Shown piece after piece: positions 18,109 to 26,851 of a stretch of DNA of 64,000 nucleotides. A program made the position numbers and the translations under genes. The notes below the pieces were generated by a model that ran no database searches, had not been told where the DNA came from, and was given only the letters and a program-made list of their open reading frames with translations. This DNA is from a virus: positions 2,663 to 66,662 of the IMG/VR virus record IMGVR_UViG_3300031608_000001; one strand, given 5' to 3'. The stretch's first letter is position 1. Each line of letters starts with the position of its first letter.

Positions 18109-19094
18109 TTATTTTTAATTGCCTTTGATTTATTATCCAACCAATTCTTTGAATGTTCAAACATTTCGTCTAAACTAAATTGTGGTTTCCAATTAAGTAA
18201 TTCATTTGCCTTAGTAGTATCGGCACACAAATAGGATGGGTCGCCTGCTCTTCTCGGACCAACCACATATTCTAATTGCTTACCTGTAACTTTTTCGACC
18301 GAGGAGATTAGGTCATGGATACTAAATCCAACACCAGAGCCTAAGTTAAATATACCACTCTTGCCACCGTTATTAAGATACTCTACTGCTTTTAGTTTAG
18401 CATCAGCAATATCTTGTATATGACAATAGTCTCTAATACATGTTCCGTCTTTAGTATCGTAGTCACTACCACAAATATTAAATATCTTACCATTCATAGC
18501 ACAATCAATTAAGATTGGCATAACATGGCTAGCCGGTTCTTGTGTATATCCGTTAGTTGCTAAAGGATCAGCACCAGCGGCATTAAAATACCTAGTGCTA
18601 ACATAGTTTAAACCATATGCTTTATTATAGTCTTCAAGCATTAGTTCAGTCATGTACTTACTCATAGCATACGGACTCATTGGATTTGGTGTCAAATCCT
18701 CTTTAAATGGTTCTTGTGTATCTCTTTCACCGTATACACTACTTGAACCACTAAAGATAAAGTTCTGTACGTCATGTTGTACACACATATCTAACAATGC
18801 CTGTGTTCCAGACACATTGTTTCTATAATACTTACCTGGGTTATCAATACTGTCAGGTACAACATGACTGGCCGCTAAATGTACAACCGTTTTAGGTTTA
18901 AACATTTCTAATATGCCTGCTGTTGATTGTTTAGCAAAATCATGTGGGAATGATGTGAAGTCTTTCGACGCCCACTTCCTATTACCATTGTCAATAACTA
19001 TGACTTCATAGTTTGCCTTGGCAAATGTTTTGCTTACCTGTGTTCCTATAAACCCGGAACCACCTGTGATAACAACTGTTTCTTTATCACTCAT
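18105..19094 (-). CDS. galE: UDP-glucose 4-epimerase
   Basis: TGGSGFIG, YAMSK, RYFNAAGA, DYDTKDGTCIRDYCH, RRAGD. Confidence 0.93.
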   Translation of the reverse strand: MSDKETVVITGGSGFIGTQVSKTFAKANYEVIVIDNGNRKWASKDFTSFPHDFAKQSTAGILEMFKPKTVVHLAASHVVPDSIDNPGKYYRNNVSGTQALLDMCVQHDVQNFIFSGSSSVYGERDTQEPFKEDLTPNPMSPYAMSKYMTELMLEDYNKAYGLNYVSTRYFNAAGADPLATNGYTQEPASHVMPILIDCAMNGKIFNICGSDYDTKDGTCIRDYCHIQDIADAKLKAVEYLNNGGKSGIFNLGSGVGFSIHDLISSVEKVTGKQLEYVVGPRRAGDPSYLCADTTKANELLNWKPQFSLDEMFEHSKNWLDNKSKAIKNK

Positions 19095-19254
19095 CTTCTT
19101 CTCCTTTGTCTTCGTCTGTAAACAGACCGCCCCTATCTTCTACTTCGTCGATAGTGTCACTTAATCCTTGAGCAGGTTGTGACTTGGTCGGCTGAATTAC
19201 AGTCTCTTTGTCACCTCTCTTTTGTATGAAAGGTATACGTTTTATATTAGGCAC
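19087..19254 (-). CDS. small hypothetical protein, 55 aa (not in ORF track)
   Basis: GTG start; VPNIKRIPFIQK...; fills gap with overlaps on both sides. Confidence 0.5.
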   Translation of the reverse strand: MPNIKRIPFIQKRGDKETVIQPTKSQPAQGLSDTIDEVEDRGGLFTDEDKGEEDE

Positions 19255-19429
19255 TATTTTTTGCTTCTTGGATTTCGTTTCTTCTAGTTTTACATAGTTT
19301 AGTGATTTCCATTAATGCCTTTCTTGCTCTTGTGGCTGAGGCTTTGATACCTGTGCCTTCTTTAAACTTCTCGTTCTCGTTTACATATTCTTCGAATAAT
19401 GCTTTTAATTTAATATGTGCTTCTGTCAT
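19247..19429 (-). CDS. histone H1-like Hc1 family small DNA-binding protein
   Basis: KASATRARKALMEITKLCKTRRNEIQ; AAGGAG RBS. Confidence 0.75.
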   Translation of the reverse strand: MTEAHIKLKALFEEYVNENEKFKEGTGIKASATRARKALMEITKLCKTRRNEIQEAKNSA

Positions 19430-19447
19430 GATTTTCTCCTTATGTGT

Positions 19448-19915
19448 TTAATCATCGAGCCCTGGGACATACGTCTCCTGAGCATCGTCTTTGTGCGGAT
19501 TACCACCTTCATACCAACTGCCCTCTTTGGCTTGCGTTACTGGTATTGGTTCATGGTATTCCATTTCACAGCCGTTTTCATTATCCTCGGCTACGGATAT
19601 CTTTATATAGCGATCAGGATACTTTGCTTGTATCGTTAATGCTAAATCGTCAGCGATCATCTCGCATGACTTAAAGTCTAGTTGGAGTTCTGCATTTCCA
19701 TACAGTTTCTCCAACCATCTTTTAAATTGTATGAACTCTATATCTCTATCATCATGGAACACTTCAATCCACACTTTAAAGTGGAATGTGTGTCTATGCG
19801 GATAGCCTAGGAAACTGACGTCGTACTCGTCGCCAGTCGCCAAGTTAGGATCAGTTAATGCCGCAGGATACTTATGTATACCTTCTTTACTAAATGTTAC
19901 CCAAATACTTCTCAT
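19448..19915 (-). CDS. QueD-like T-fold protein (6-carboxytetrahydropterin synthase or paralog)
   Basis: EGIH, HRHTFH, DRDIEF, SCE, V.ED.E.G; position in folE/queE/dpdA cluster. Confidence 0.7.
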   Translation of the reverse strand: MRSIWVTFSKEGIHKYPAALTDPNLATGDEYDVSFLGYPHRHTFHFKVWIEVFHDDRDIEFIQFKRWLEKLYGNAELQLDFKSCEMIADDLALTIQAKYPDRYIKISVAEDNENGCEMEYHEPIPVTQAKEGSWYEGGNPHKDDAQETYVPGLDD

Positions 19916-19923
19916 ACTATTCC

Positions 19924-20121
19924 TTAAACAATATTACTTGCTTGTGGGCCTTTCGGTCCTTCTTCAAGATCATACGTCACTTTTTGATTTTCTTCTAGTG
20001 ATGTATATCCGTCTCCTTTGATTGCCGAAAAATGTGCGAACACATCTTTGCCACCTTCTTCCGGTGTAATAAATCCAAAACCTTTAGATGTATTAAACCA
20101 TTTTACTGTACCATTTGCCAT
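19924..20121 (-). CDS. cspA: cold-shock protein
   Basis: GTVKWFN, KGFGFI, DVFAHFS, GPKGPQA. Confidence 0.95.
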   Translation of the reverse strand: MANGTVKWFNTSKGFGFITPEEGGKDVFAHFSAIKGDGYTSLEENQKVTYDLEEGPKGPQASNIV

Positions 20122-20137
20122 TTCTTTCTTCTCTCTA

Positions 20138-20331
20138 TTATGAAGTCTTACCTTCGTTATTAAATTCTAAAGGTAATTCCTTCAAAATGCGAAACTTATT
20201 ATTAAGTCTCTTATATCCAACTCCCAACGTATTACGTTGTTCATCTTCAATTCGTTTATTTGAATCTTTTATGATCCAAATCCTAACTGGCCTTTAATCC
20301 AGTCATTAATTTCTTGTTGTGTCAAATCCAT
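20138..20331 (-). pseudogene. frameshifted ~64-aa ORF
   Basis: ATG coupled to upstream TAA; frame shifts near 20290; 194 nt, one short of a whole number of codons. Confidence 0.45.
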
Positions 20332-20744
20332 TATGCCTCTTTGTTTGGGTTCCAAATAGTTAAGTTTTTAGTCTTAAGTCTATTAGCAACAATACTGTAT
20401 CTGTTTTGTTCTGCCTTCCATTCCTTTAACCACTTGTGGCCATCGCGTTCAGCATCAATAAAGATAGCATTAGTAAATGCTAATGGTAGTAATACCCCAA
20501 CATGAACAAAAATGCTTATGAGTGTATTGTATCCAAACAAACCTAAATAGTTTGCCGCTATAAAACCAAAGAACACACTCCATACAGTGAACAGCACTAA
20601 CATAAAGTAAGTCTGTAGACTTGGGTCCGGTATGTATTTCAATGGATTGTATTTCACATCCATAACTCTTCTCCAACTATTTACAAGACTGAACATGGTT
20701 CGTCTAAATAAACTTGGCTTTTTCATAATTGGTTCAATCTTCAT
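20331..20744 (-). CDS. membrane protein (2 TM)
   Basis: hydrophobic segments; YNPLKYIPDPSLQ. Confidence 0.75.
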   Translation of the reverse strand: MKIEPIMKKPSLFRRTMFSLVNSWRRVMDVKYNPLKYIPDPSLQTYFMLVLFTVWSVFFGFIAANYLGLFGYNTLISIFVHVGVLLPLAFTNAIFIDAERDGHKWLKEWKAEQNRYSIVANRLKTKNLTIWNPNKEA

Positions 20745-20836
20745 TCTGTATGCTCTCTTATATATTCTTTAACTACATGCATCCCATAAGATGCCCATGT
20801 AATTACTATTAAACTCCATATTAACAATTCGATCAC
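20741..20836 (-). CDS. small membrane peptide, 31 aa (not in ORF track)
   Basis: GTG start; MIELLIWSLIVITWASYGMHVVKEYIREHTE; GTGA/ATGA overlaps. Confidence 0.55.
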   Translation of the reverse strand: MIELLIWSLIVITWASYGMHVVKEYIREHTE

Positions 20837-21501
20837 AGCTCTAATTCAAAGCCGAATGTTAGTATGTTTTCTTTCTTATAACTATCTGTATGCTGATTTG
20901 ATACATTTATACTAAATTTATCACTAACCTGATATGCTAATTCTGTTTCTATACGAATGTATGCTTCTTTGCTAGTTTCGTATAGTGCCTTATTTGTAAT
21001 ACTAATACGTTCAGACATCATGTATGCTACCCACAAACTATTTCTTAAAATAAGTTCCGTGGTGTCACCTTCTAAATATGCTAGTGATACTTCGTTACTG
21101 ACTTTCCACTTGTCGCTTTTGTATAGTTTACGACCGTACCCTGCGCCTAGTACACTTCTTATATCGTAGTCTCGTATCTCATCGTAGTCTACTTGAAGTA
21201 CTGTTAGGAAGTAACTTTCATCTGTTAGGTCTTTGTTTAGTTTAAATTGAGTGTAAAGGTCATGGAATTCCACGTCACCGTTTTCACTGGCATAGTAGTA
21301 ATCGCTTTCGAATACATACTGCCAACCATTTTCTAATTCAGTTCGATGATCAAAGTCTAAATTGACTGTAACTTCGTCCTTGCCACTAGCGAATATTTCA
21401 CCGCTACCACCTATAGTTGTTTGTGCCGCTACTTGAACAGTACACAACAAAAGGAATACTATTACAAATATTGATATTACTGATTTCTTAACTGTACTCA
21501 T
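20833..21501 (-). CDS. outer-membrane beta-barrel protein (DUF481/YdiY-like)
   Basis: signal peptide ending VAA, amphipathic strands, LGAGYG, C-terminal FGFELEL. Confidence 0.7.
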   Translation of the reverse strand: MSTVKKSVISIFVIVFLLLCTVQVAAQTTIGGSGEIFASGKDEVTVNLDFDHRTELENGWQYVFESDYYYASENGDVEFHDLYTQFKLNKDLTDESYFLTVLQVDYDEIRDYDIRSVLGAGYGRKLYKSDKWKVSNEVSLAYLEGDTTELILRNSLWVAYMMSERISITNKALYETSKEAYIRIETELAYQVSDKFSINVSNQHTDSYKKENILTFGFELEL

Positions 21502-21713
21502 TTAAAACCTAGTTCCTTTAATGCTTGTTGTCTTGTCTTGCCCATTTTTTCTAATGCTTCGTTTATTTCAAAGTCGTAGTAAGCACCTGTAAGTTTTCTA
21601 AGTGCCGATCTTTCGCTTAACATTACACTACTGATCCAACAGCCGTATAACATAAACCCTAGTAGTACTATAGTAAATACTGTATTAAAAATTAATGCCA
21701 TAATCTCATTCAT
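21498..21713 (-). CDS. small membrane protein
   Basis: N-terminal TM helix. Confidence 0.65.
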   Translation of the reverse strand: MNEIMALIFNTVFTIVLLGFMLYGCWISSVMLSERSALRKLTGAYYDFEINEALEKMGKTRQQALKELGFK

Positions 21714-22935
21714 ATTTTTGCTTCGCTACTTTTCGTCTGTAGTATTGTCTATCTCTTTGATACTCTAATCCTAATCCTGCCATAACCTTTAATGTTCTTT
21801 CAATAGTACCATTCTGATAATCGCTGATCTTACCTAAGTTATATCCATCTAAATTGTGTGCCGATATGTCATCGAACATGTTTTCTAATTTACTTATAGC
21901 GTCTTCTAAACTCCAAGGAACGTATAAGTGTCTACCGTTGTTAGCAAATACTTCTGGAAAACTTCTATATGCTGGATATAGTGTAAGTGTGCCAAGTGTG
22001 TCTGCTTCGCTAACAGTATTGCTTACCCAATCTTGTAAAGCACAATTAAACAACACTTTGCTATCTGCCAAGTAGTTGTAGTAATCATTCTTCTTTAAGC
22101 CTGTGTATATTTTAAAGTTAGCCGTATTGCCTTCTTGTAATGCCATAGCACGATCTACATACTCTTGGTCTGAACTCTTTAGTTCAGGATGTCCACAAAA
22201 TATAGCAAACTCTGTGTTTGGATCTATTTTATAGTATGCTTCTGCTAAGTCCATATAGAAATGCGGTTGTTTCTCGTCGTCCCAACGTGCCGCAAATCCA
22301 ACTCTATTTGATCGTTCATGTAACGGCTTTAGTTCTGGAACTCTACTTTGTACTTCTTCTTTACCAAACGGTAAACCTGTTACATATATTGGCTTTTTAA
22401 AGCCTGCTGTTCTTAAATGTGCTACAAACTCCTCTGAGGCTACACAGATGCCATCAACAAATTCATCTACCATTTGTTCATATCTACGCATCCAGTCAAA
22501 CATACCTTCCCTAATTAAGAAGTCATCTGGGTCTGTTGTTTGTGCTAAGAATCTAAGGAATACTTTAGGTCTGTACTCCGGTGGGGACTGATCCATGATA
22601 TACGGTAAACATTCTAAACCAGGTGTGTACATATCTTCATAAAAGATAACATCATCACTAGTTATTTCACCGTTCTTCATTTTTTGTACTAAGTTCATTG
22701 TTTGACTTAGACTGTAATAACTTCTACCATGTGCGTCTAACACACTACCTGTAACGATTGCTTTACTATTATCAAGTTCTTCACCTTCGATAATTTCGTA
22801 GTCTAACCCGTACTCTTTAAAAACACGTTCGTTCCATTCCTGTAACTGAAGTGTGTACCTTGCTTCATAAGACTCTAGTCCCATGTAAAACAATTTACGA
22901 ATACTATTATTAATTAAACCGTTATCTTCTATCAT
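21706..22935 (-). CDS. glycosyltransferase, GT-B (group 1/GT4-like)
   Basis: AARWDDEK, QDWVSNTVSEA (ExxxxxxxE-like), YRSFPE. Confidence 0.8.
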   Translation of the reverse strand: MIEDNGLINNSIRKLFYMGLESYEARYTLQLQEWNERVFKEYGLDYEIIEGEELDNSKAIVTGSVLDAHGRSYYSLSQTMNLVQKMKNGEITSDDVIFYEDMYTPGLECLPYIMDQSPPEYRPKVFLRFLAQTTDPDDFLIREGMFDWMRRYEQMVDEFVDGICVASEEFVAHLRTAGFKKPIYVTGLPFGKEEVQSRVPELKPLHERSNRVGFAARWDDEKQPHFYMDLAEAYYKIDPNTEFAIFCGHPELKSSDQEYVDRAMALQEGNTANFKIYTGLKKNDYYNYLADSKVLFNCALQDWVSNTVSEADTLGTLTLYPAYRSFPEVFANNGRHLYVPWSLEDAISKLENMFDDISAHNLDGYNLGKISDYQNGTIERTLKVMAGLGLEYQRDRQYYRRKVAKQKYE

Positions 22936-22959
22936 ATCTCTCTATCCTCATTATCTACT

Positions 22960-22988
22960 ATTATATCACTTTTTGTGGCTAATGTCAA
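22960..22988 (-). promoter_or_regulatory. sigma70 promoter
   Basis: TTGACA-N17-TATAAT. Confidence 0.8.
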
Positions 22989-23101
22989 CCTTTTTCTATT
23001 TCTGTAAATGCTTCATGTCCTTCAAAGAACATCTGTATCATTACATATACTGCTACGTTAACAAACGTTAGTGCCGCAAACAAAATCCATGTAGTCAACA
23101 T
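22985..23101 (-). CDS. small membrane peptide, 38 aa (not in ORF track)
   Basis: MLTTWILFAALTFVNVAVYVMIQMFFEGHEAFTEIEKG; TAATG coupling. Confidence 0.55.
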   Translation of the reverse strand: MLTTWILFAALTFVNVAVYVMIQMFFEGHEAFTEIEKG

Positions 23102-23607
23102 TAATCTATAACCTCGTCTTTTGTGTATTTGGTCCAATCTGTAAATGTCTCTCTTGTTTGTAAATCATGTAAACTATGACACCATACACCTGGGTTTGTT
23201 GCCTTAAAGTCTTTGTCATCTAGTTTAATAGTAGTATTGTAATTGAACTGATTCATGTATGGCAACTTAACACTTATCATTGGTATGAATGTTGCGTACT
23301 CTGTCATACCGCATTCCAGTACTTGTTCTGCTAATGTTACATCAAAGTCTAGTGTTAACCAGATACCTTCCTTGAGCATGTCATTAAGTAATGTATCCCA
23401 AGCCGCCCATGCTTCTGCGTCTTTAGGATGGAAACTTTGATTGGCTCCTAAGTAAATATGCGGACAAGCATTGTTTAATGCTCTAGCAAGTATTTCTTCT
23501 TTGGGCTGATACCCAACTACAAATAACGTCCTTTGACCATAAGCAGGAGTATGCTCTACTTCTGTGCCTATAAAAAACTTTGTATCCACGTGACCTTCTC
23601 TATCCAT
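23101..23607 (-). CDS. conserved-type hypothetical protein in dpdA cluster
   Basis: EVEHTPAYG, HIYLGAN, KLDDKDFKATNPGVW. Confidence 0.8.
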   Translation of the reverse strand: MDREGHVDTKFFIGTEVEHTPAYGQRTLFVVGYQPKEEILARALNNACPHIYLGANQSFHPKDAEAWAAWDTLLNDMLKEGIWLTLDFDVTLAEQVLECGMTEYATFIPMISVKLPYMNQFNYNTTIKLDDKDFKATNPGVWCHSLHDLQTRETFTDWTKYTKDEVID

Positions 23608-23608
23608 C

Positions 23609-24292
23609 TTAATTACCTATTCCAAAATCTGTGTGTAATTGCTTTTTTAATTTTTCCATAACAAATGAATCTTTGTGTAATGCGTTTTTCAATTGAGAAG
23701 GGTCAAAGTATAAATCTTTTTCTTTTCCTTCCTGCTTCTGAAATCCAATGTACACTGATAATCTTACTTCGCTTTTATTAATTACTTGTTGTATTTGATG
23801 AAATAGGGTACCTGGGAATATAACACATCTATTAAACTTATGCTCAATTAGTGTTGCTCTATCTTCTCCTAAATAAAAGCCACCGCCTTCATCTTTAAAA
23901 TATGGATTACCAAACCAAAGAAATATTAAAATATCTTTTGTAAGATGATCAACATGCCCTTCAAAAGTATCGCACTCTTGTGTGAGATTAACATGACATC
24001 TTACGCAATCTGTGTATTTAAAATCTGTTCCATGTTCTTCATTCCACTTTGTTACATAAGGAAGTATTGTAGTTGACATCTTAAATACATCTTCAATATC
24101 TTCTTTGGTCAATCCTTTTGTAAAGTAAAAAGAACTTTCCCCTTCTGCGTCTGGATAAGGATTCTCTACAGCACTTAATACAAAACCACTTTTCATATAA
24201 TATCTAAGCCAGTCGCTACACATTTCTTTGCTGAAAAAGTCATCAACAATTAGTACTGGCTTATCTTCAACAACTAGTGATTGCGTATTCAT
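23609..24292 (-). CDS. 2OG-Fe(II) oxygenase
   Basis: HVD...LFH...R; LWFGNP shared with 8551-9141. Confidence 0.8.
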   Translation of the reverse strand: MNTQSLVVEDKPVLIVDDFFSKEMCSDWLRYYMKSGFVLSAVENPYPDAEGESSFYFTKGLTKEDIEDVFKMSTTILPYVTKWNEEHGTDFKYTDCVRCHVNLTQECDTFEGHVDHLTKDILIFLWFGNPYFKDEGGGFYLGEDRATLIEHKFNRCVIFPGTLFHQIQQVINKSEVRLSVYIGFQKQEGKEKDLYFDPSQLKNALHKDSFVMEKLKKQLHTDFGIGN

Positions 24293-24486
24293 TAGTAACT
24301 AATGTAACCCCATTCAACTAATTGTGCTTGAAAGAATGTTGCTTTCCTTACACTAAAATCCATCGGTGCTTGTATTTTACCATCCTTGGTTTCGATGATT
24401 GTTACACCTGTATCAGTTACTTCAAAGTTCACGTCATGTCCTTCGTGTGTATAAGTACCACTGTATACTGTTTTACTCTCCGTCAA
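24292..24486 (-). CDS. hypothetical protein
   Basis: 64 aa in operon. Confidence 0.6.
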   Translation of the reverse strand: MTESKTVYSGTYTHEGHDVNFEVTDTGVTIIETKDGKIQAPMDFSVRKATFFQAQLVEWGYISY

Positions 24487-26014
24487 AGTCTGCCCTCATT
24501 ATGTCTTCTTGCATGTCCATTTCGCTGTCACCAGCGTCGTATTCGTCAGTTTCAAACAAAGAACCAAACGTTGATTGTTCAGCACTACCATCTGAGAAAC
24601 TAATTTCTTTTAAGAACTCTCTACCATCTTCTAGCATTTGTCTTGCGTTAGTGTTTGCTGGGTCTAATACTTCTTCGGCAAAACTATCAAACATAAGTAT
24701 GGTACCGGGTACATAAGGTGATGTTTCATTGCTTACACTACTGCCTTTAACCTTTTTCCAGTTCTTCCAATGTGTTGGTGTTCTATATTTTTCCATATCA
24801 GCCAGTCTATTTGCTTCTTGTGTTGCTGTAATATGATTATAAACACTATGACCCATGTAAAGAGCATAACTAAGGGTGTCCCAACTAGTTGTACATTCTT
24901 TACCATTTCTATTTGTATCACCGTGTCCTAAAACACAGATGTCGCCGACAGTAAGTCTTTCCATTATAGGGGAATGAGCAAAAGGCATAGGCATTGTAGA
25001 ACCTTTCATGTCTTTGTTATCGAATGCTCTATCCATAAAGTATCCAAATCGCTTTGCTCTAAACTCATTATGTGTGTAGGTCTGACCATATGCTGTATTA
25101 ACAAAAGGTGATGCCGCATCATACGATACTGTAACATTAGGATTATCATGTTTTCTTAACTGTCTTTGAATACTGGTGAGGTGACATGCCCAATTTAGGC
25201 GTCCAGTACCCAAGAAGTGAATCCAATCCTTTCCTTCAAGTAGTCCATCGTCTCTAAGATCTAATATTCTACTTAACACACTATGCATGTGTTTCATATT
25301 GATACCAGCGAATGCGTAACCTTCTAAGGCTCTGTTCTCATCACCGTATGCTTCTTGCACAAAACTTGGATTAGAAAAATGCTTTACAGCCTCATACCAT
25401 TCTTTGCTATTTTCTTCATTGCTACCACTTAGTACATTTAGGAACTTAGTAGCACCTGGGTTTCTATTTCTTAGAAAGTAGTCTAAATTTAATAAACTAA
25501 TATCTAATGTATCTCGGAATTCAGTTAGTCCGGTTCTTTCGCTCAGTTTGCCTACTGCCGCAAACGCCGGAACGTCAAGTGTCATACTCCAGTCTGCTGT
25601 ATGCTCTAGCCATGTAAGTATCTTATTACAGAATGCTGTTCTAACAGGGTCATTAGGATCTTTAGCATTGCTCCAGTCCATTTTAATAACACCAGTAGCA
25701 AGTTGGAATCCACCCGAGTCACCAAGTATCATTGTTTGGCTACGGTCTCTGCCTTGTATCATTGGCTCACGTTCATCACTCTTTACAGGATCTAACTGTG
25801 CGTGACCACCTGAGTATAGTCCCCATGGATAAAAGTAATAACTATCTTCCGGGTCTAGGAAGTTCATGCCAGCAGTACCTTTCTCAAAGCCTGCCGGGCA
25901 TCTCCATTCTGTTGGATTAGTCGCCATCTTTTGTAATTGTGTTACATAGAAGCCACTAATAGCAGGTAAGTATACTGCCCAATCCTGATGCTTCTTTCCT
26001 AGATCTACTGTCAT
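24473..26014 (-). CDS. dpdA: TGT-fold DNA 7-deazaguanine transglycosylase (DpdA2-like)
   Basis: GDSGGFQ, MTLDVP, NVLSG, IHFLG, SYD; next to clamp and polymerase, clustered with folE/queE. Confidence 0.82.
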   Translation of the reverse strand: MTVDLGKKHQDWAVYLPAISGFYVTQLQKMATNPTEWRCPAGFEKGTAGMNFLDPEDSYYFYPWGLYSGGHAQLDPVKSDEREPMIQGRDRSQTMILGDSGGFQLATGVIKMDWSNAKDPNDPVRTAFCNKILTWLEHTADWSMTLDVPAFAAVGKLSERTGLTEFRDTLDISLLNLDYFLRNRNPGATKFLNVLSGSNEENSKEWYEAVKHFSNPSFVQEAYGDENRALEGYAFAGINMKHMHSVLSRILDLRDDGLLEGKDWIHFLGTGRLNWACHLTSIQRQLRKHDNPNVTVSYDAASPFVNTAYGQTYTHNEFRAKRFGYFMDRAFDNKDMKGSTMPMPFAHSPIMERLTVGDICVLGHGDTNRNGKECTTSWDTLSYALYMGHSVYNHITATQEANRLADMEKYRTPTHWKNWKKVKGSSVSNETSPYVPGTILMFDSFAEEVLDPANTNARQMLEDGREFLKEISFSDGSAEQSTFGSLFETDEYDAGDSEMDMQEDIMRADFDGE

Positions 26015-26017
26015 GTT

Positions 26018-26761
26018 CTAACTCTTTGCTGGTAAAATGTATGTGTACTCGCCTAAGCCACTGTCAATAACAATCTGCATTGCTCCAGCATTAGCAAAAC
26101 TTACAGTACAATTAGCACTATCACTAAGTCTTAAAATACTTAATGCTTTATCAATTTCCCACTTCCAGTTACCTGACAGTTCGCCTTCAACATTGTTGTT
26201 GATAGGTAGTTTACTTTTGTCTCCAGCACCTTCGCCAATGCTAAAGAATAAAGCACCGTCTTTGGTACTTGGGGAGAACACAGGTTCAAATCCACCTAAC
26301 ACACCATTGAAGTAACCTAAGTCCTTTAAGTTCTTCTGCGTAGGTTGAATACTGACATCCCATGGAATATCTTTCATCTTAACAGACTTCAGTTGCTGAT
26401 TAATAACATCTGCTAACATAAATCTGTAACTACCTGTATGACCTTCAGCACTAGAAAAACTAATTTCTACTGGAATGTCATTACCATTTCTTTCTTGAGT
26501 CTTTACTTCAACGTTACTACCTTCATCTCCAAACCCTGGAAACTTTAAGTAGCCGTCTAGTACACTCATTCTGCTTAGACCAACTGTTTGATCTACAAAG
26601 TCTGCTACAGGGTTGTGTAGTTTGCCTTTTAGAATAACAGTTTTATCTGCGTCCATCGCCTCAATCTCAGTACCTTCTGTAGTACCTGTAATTTTAACCA
26701 TTTCAATGAAGCCTAAAGCATGGGTATGCCTTAACACGTCTTTAAAAATATCTTTTATCAT
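26018..26761 (-). CDS. sliding clamp (T4 gp45-like)
   Basis: 247 aa directly downstream of polB; C-terminal YTYILPA. Confidence 0.7.
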   Translation of the reverse strand: MIKDIFKDVLRHTHALGFIEMVKITGTTEGTEIEAMDADKTVILKGKLHNPVADFVDQTVGLSRMSVLDGYLKFPGFGDEGSNVEVKTQERNGNDIPVEISFSSAEGHTGSYRFMLADVINQQLKSVKMKDIPWDVSIQPTQKNLKDLGYFNGVLGGFEPVFSPSTKDGALFFSIGEGAGDKSKLPINNNVEGELSGNWKWEIDKALSILRLSDSANCTVSFANAGAMQIVIDSGLGEYTYILPAKS

Positions 26762-26851
26762 CTCTTGTCACCTCTTTGTGTAAAGTAATTATTTAGGTCT
26801 TTTCGCCTAAAAAGTTTATAAATCCTGGCCGTTTGATACCTAACGACCATC

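Noticed and set aside
24473-26014. Ordinary tRNA-guanine transglycosylase for queuosine
   Set aside because: Lacks the CxCxxC zinc site of bacterial Tgt, is longer, and sits beside replication genes, favouring DpdA2; tRNA activity is not formally excluded.
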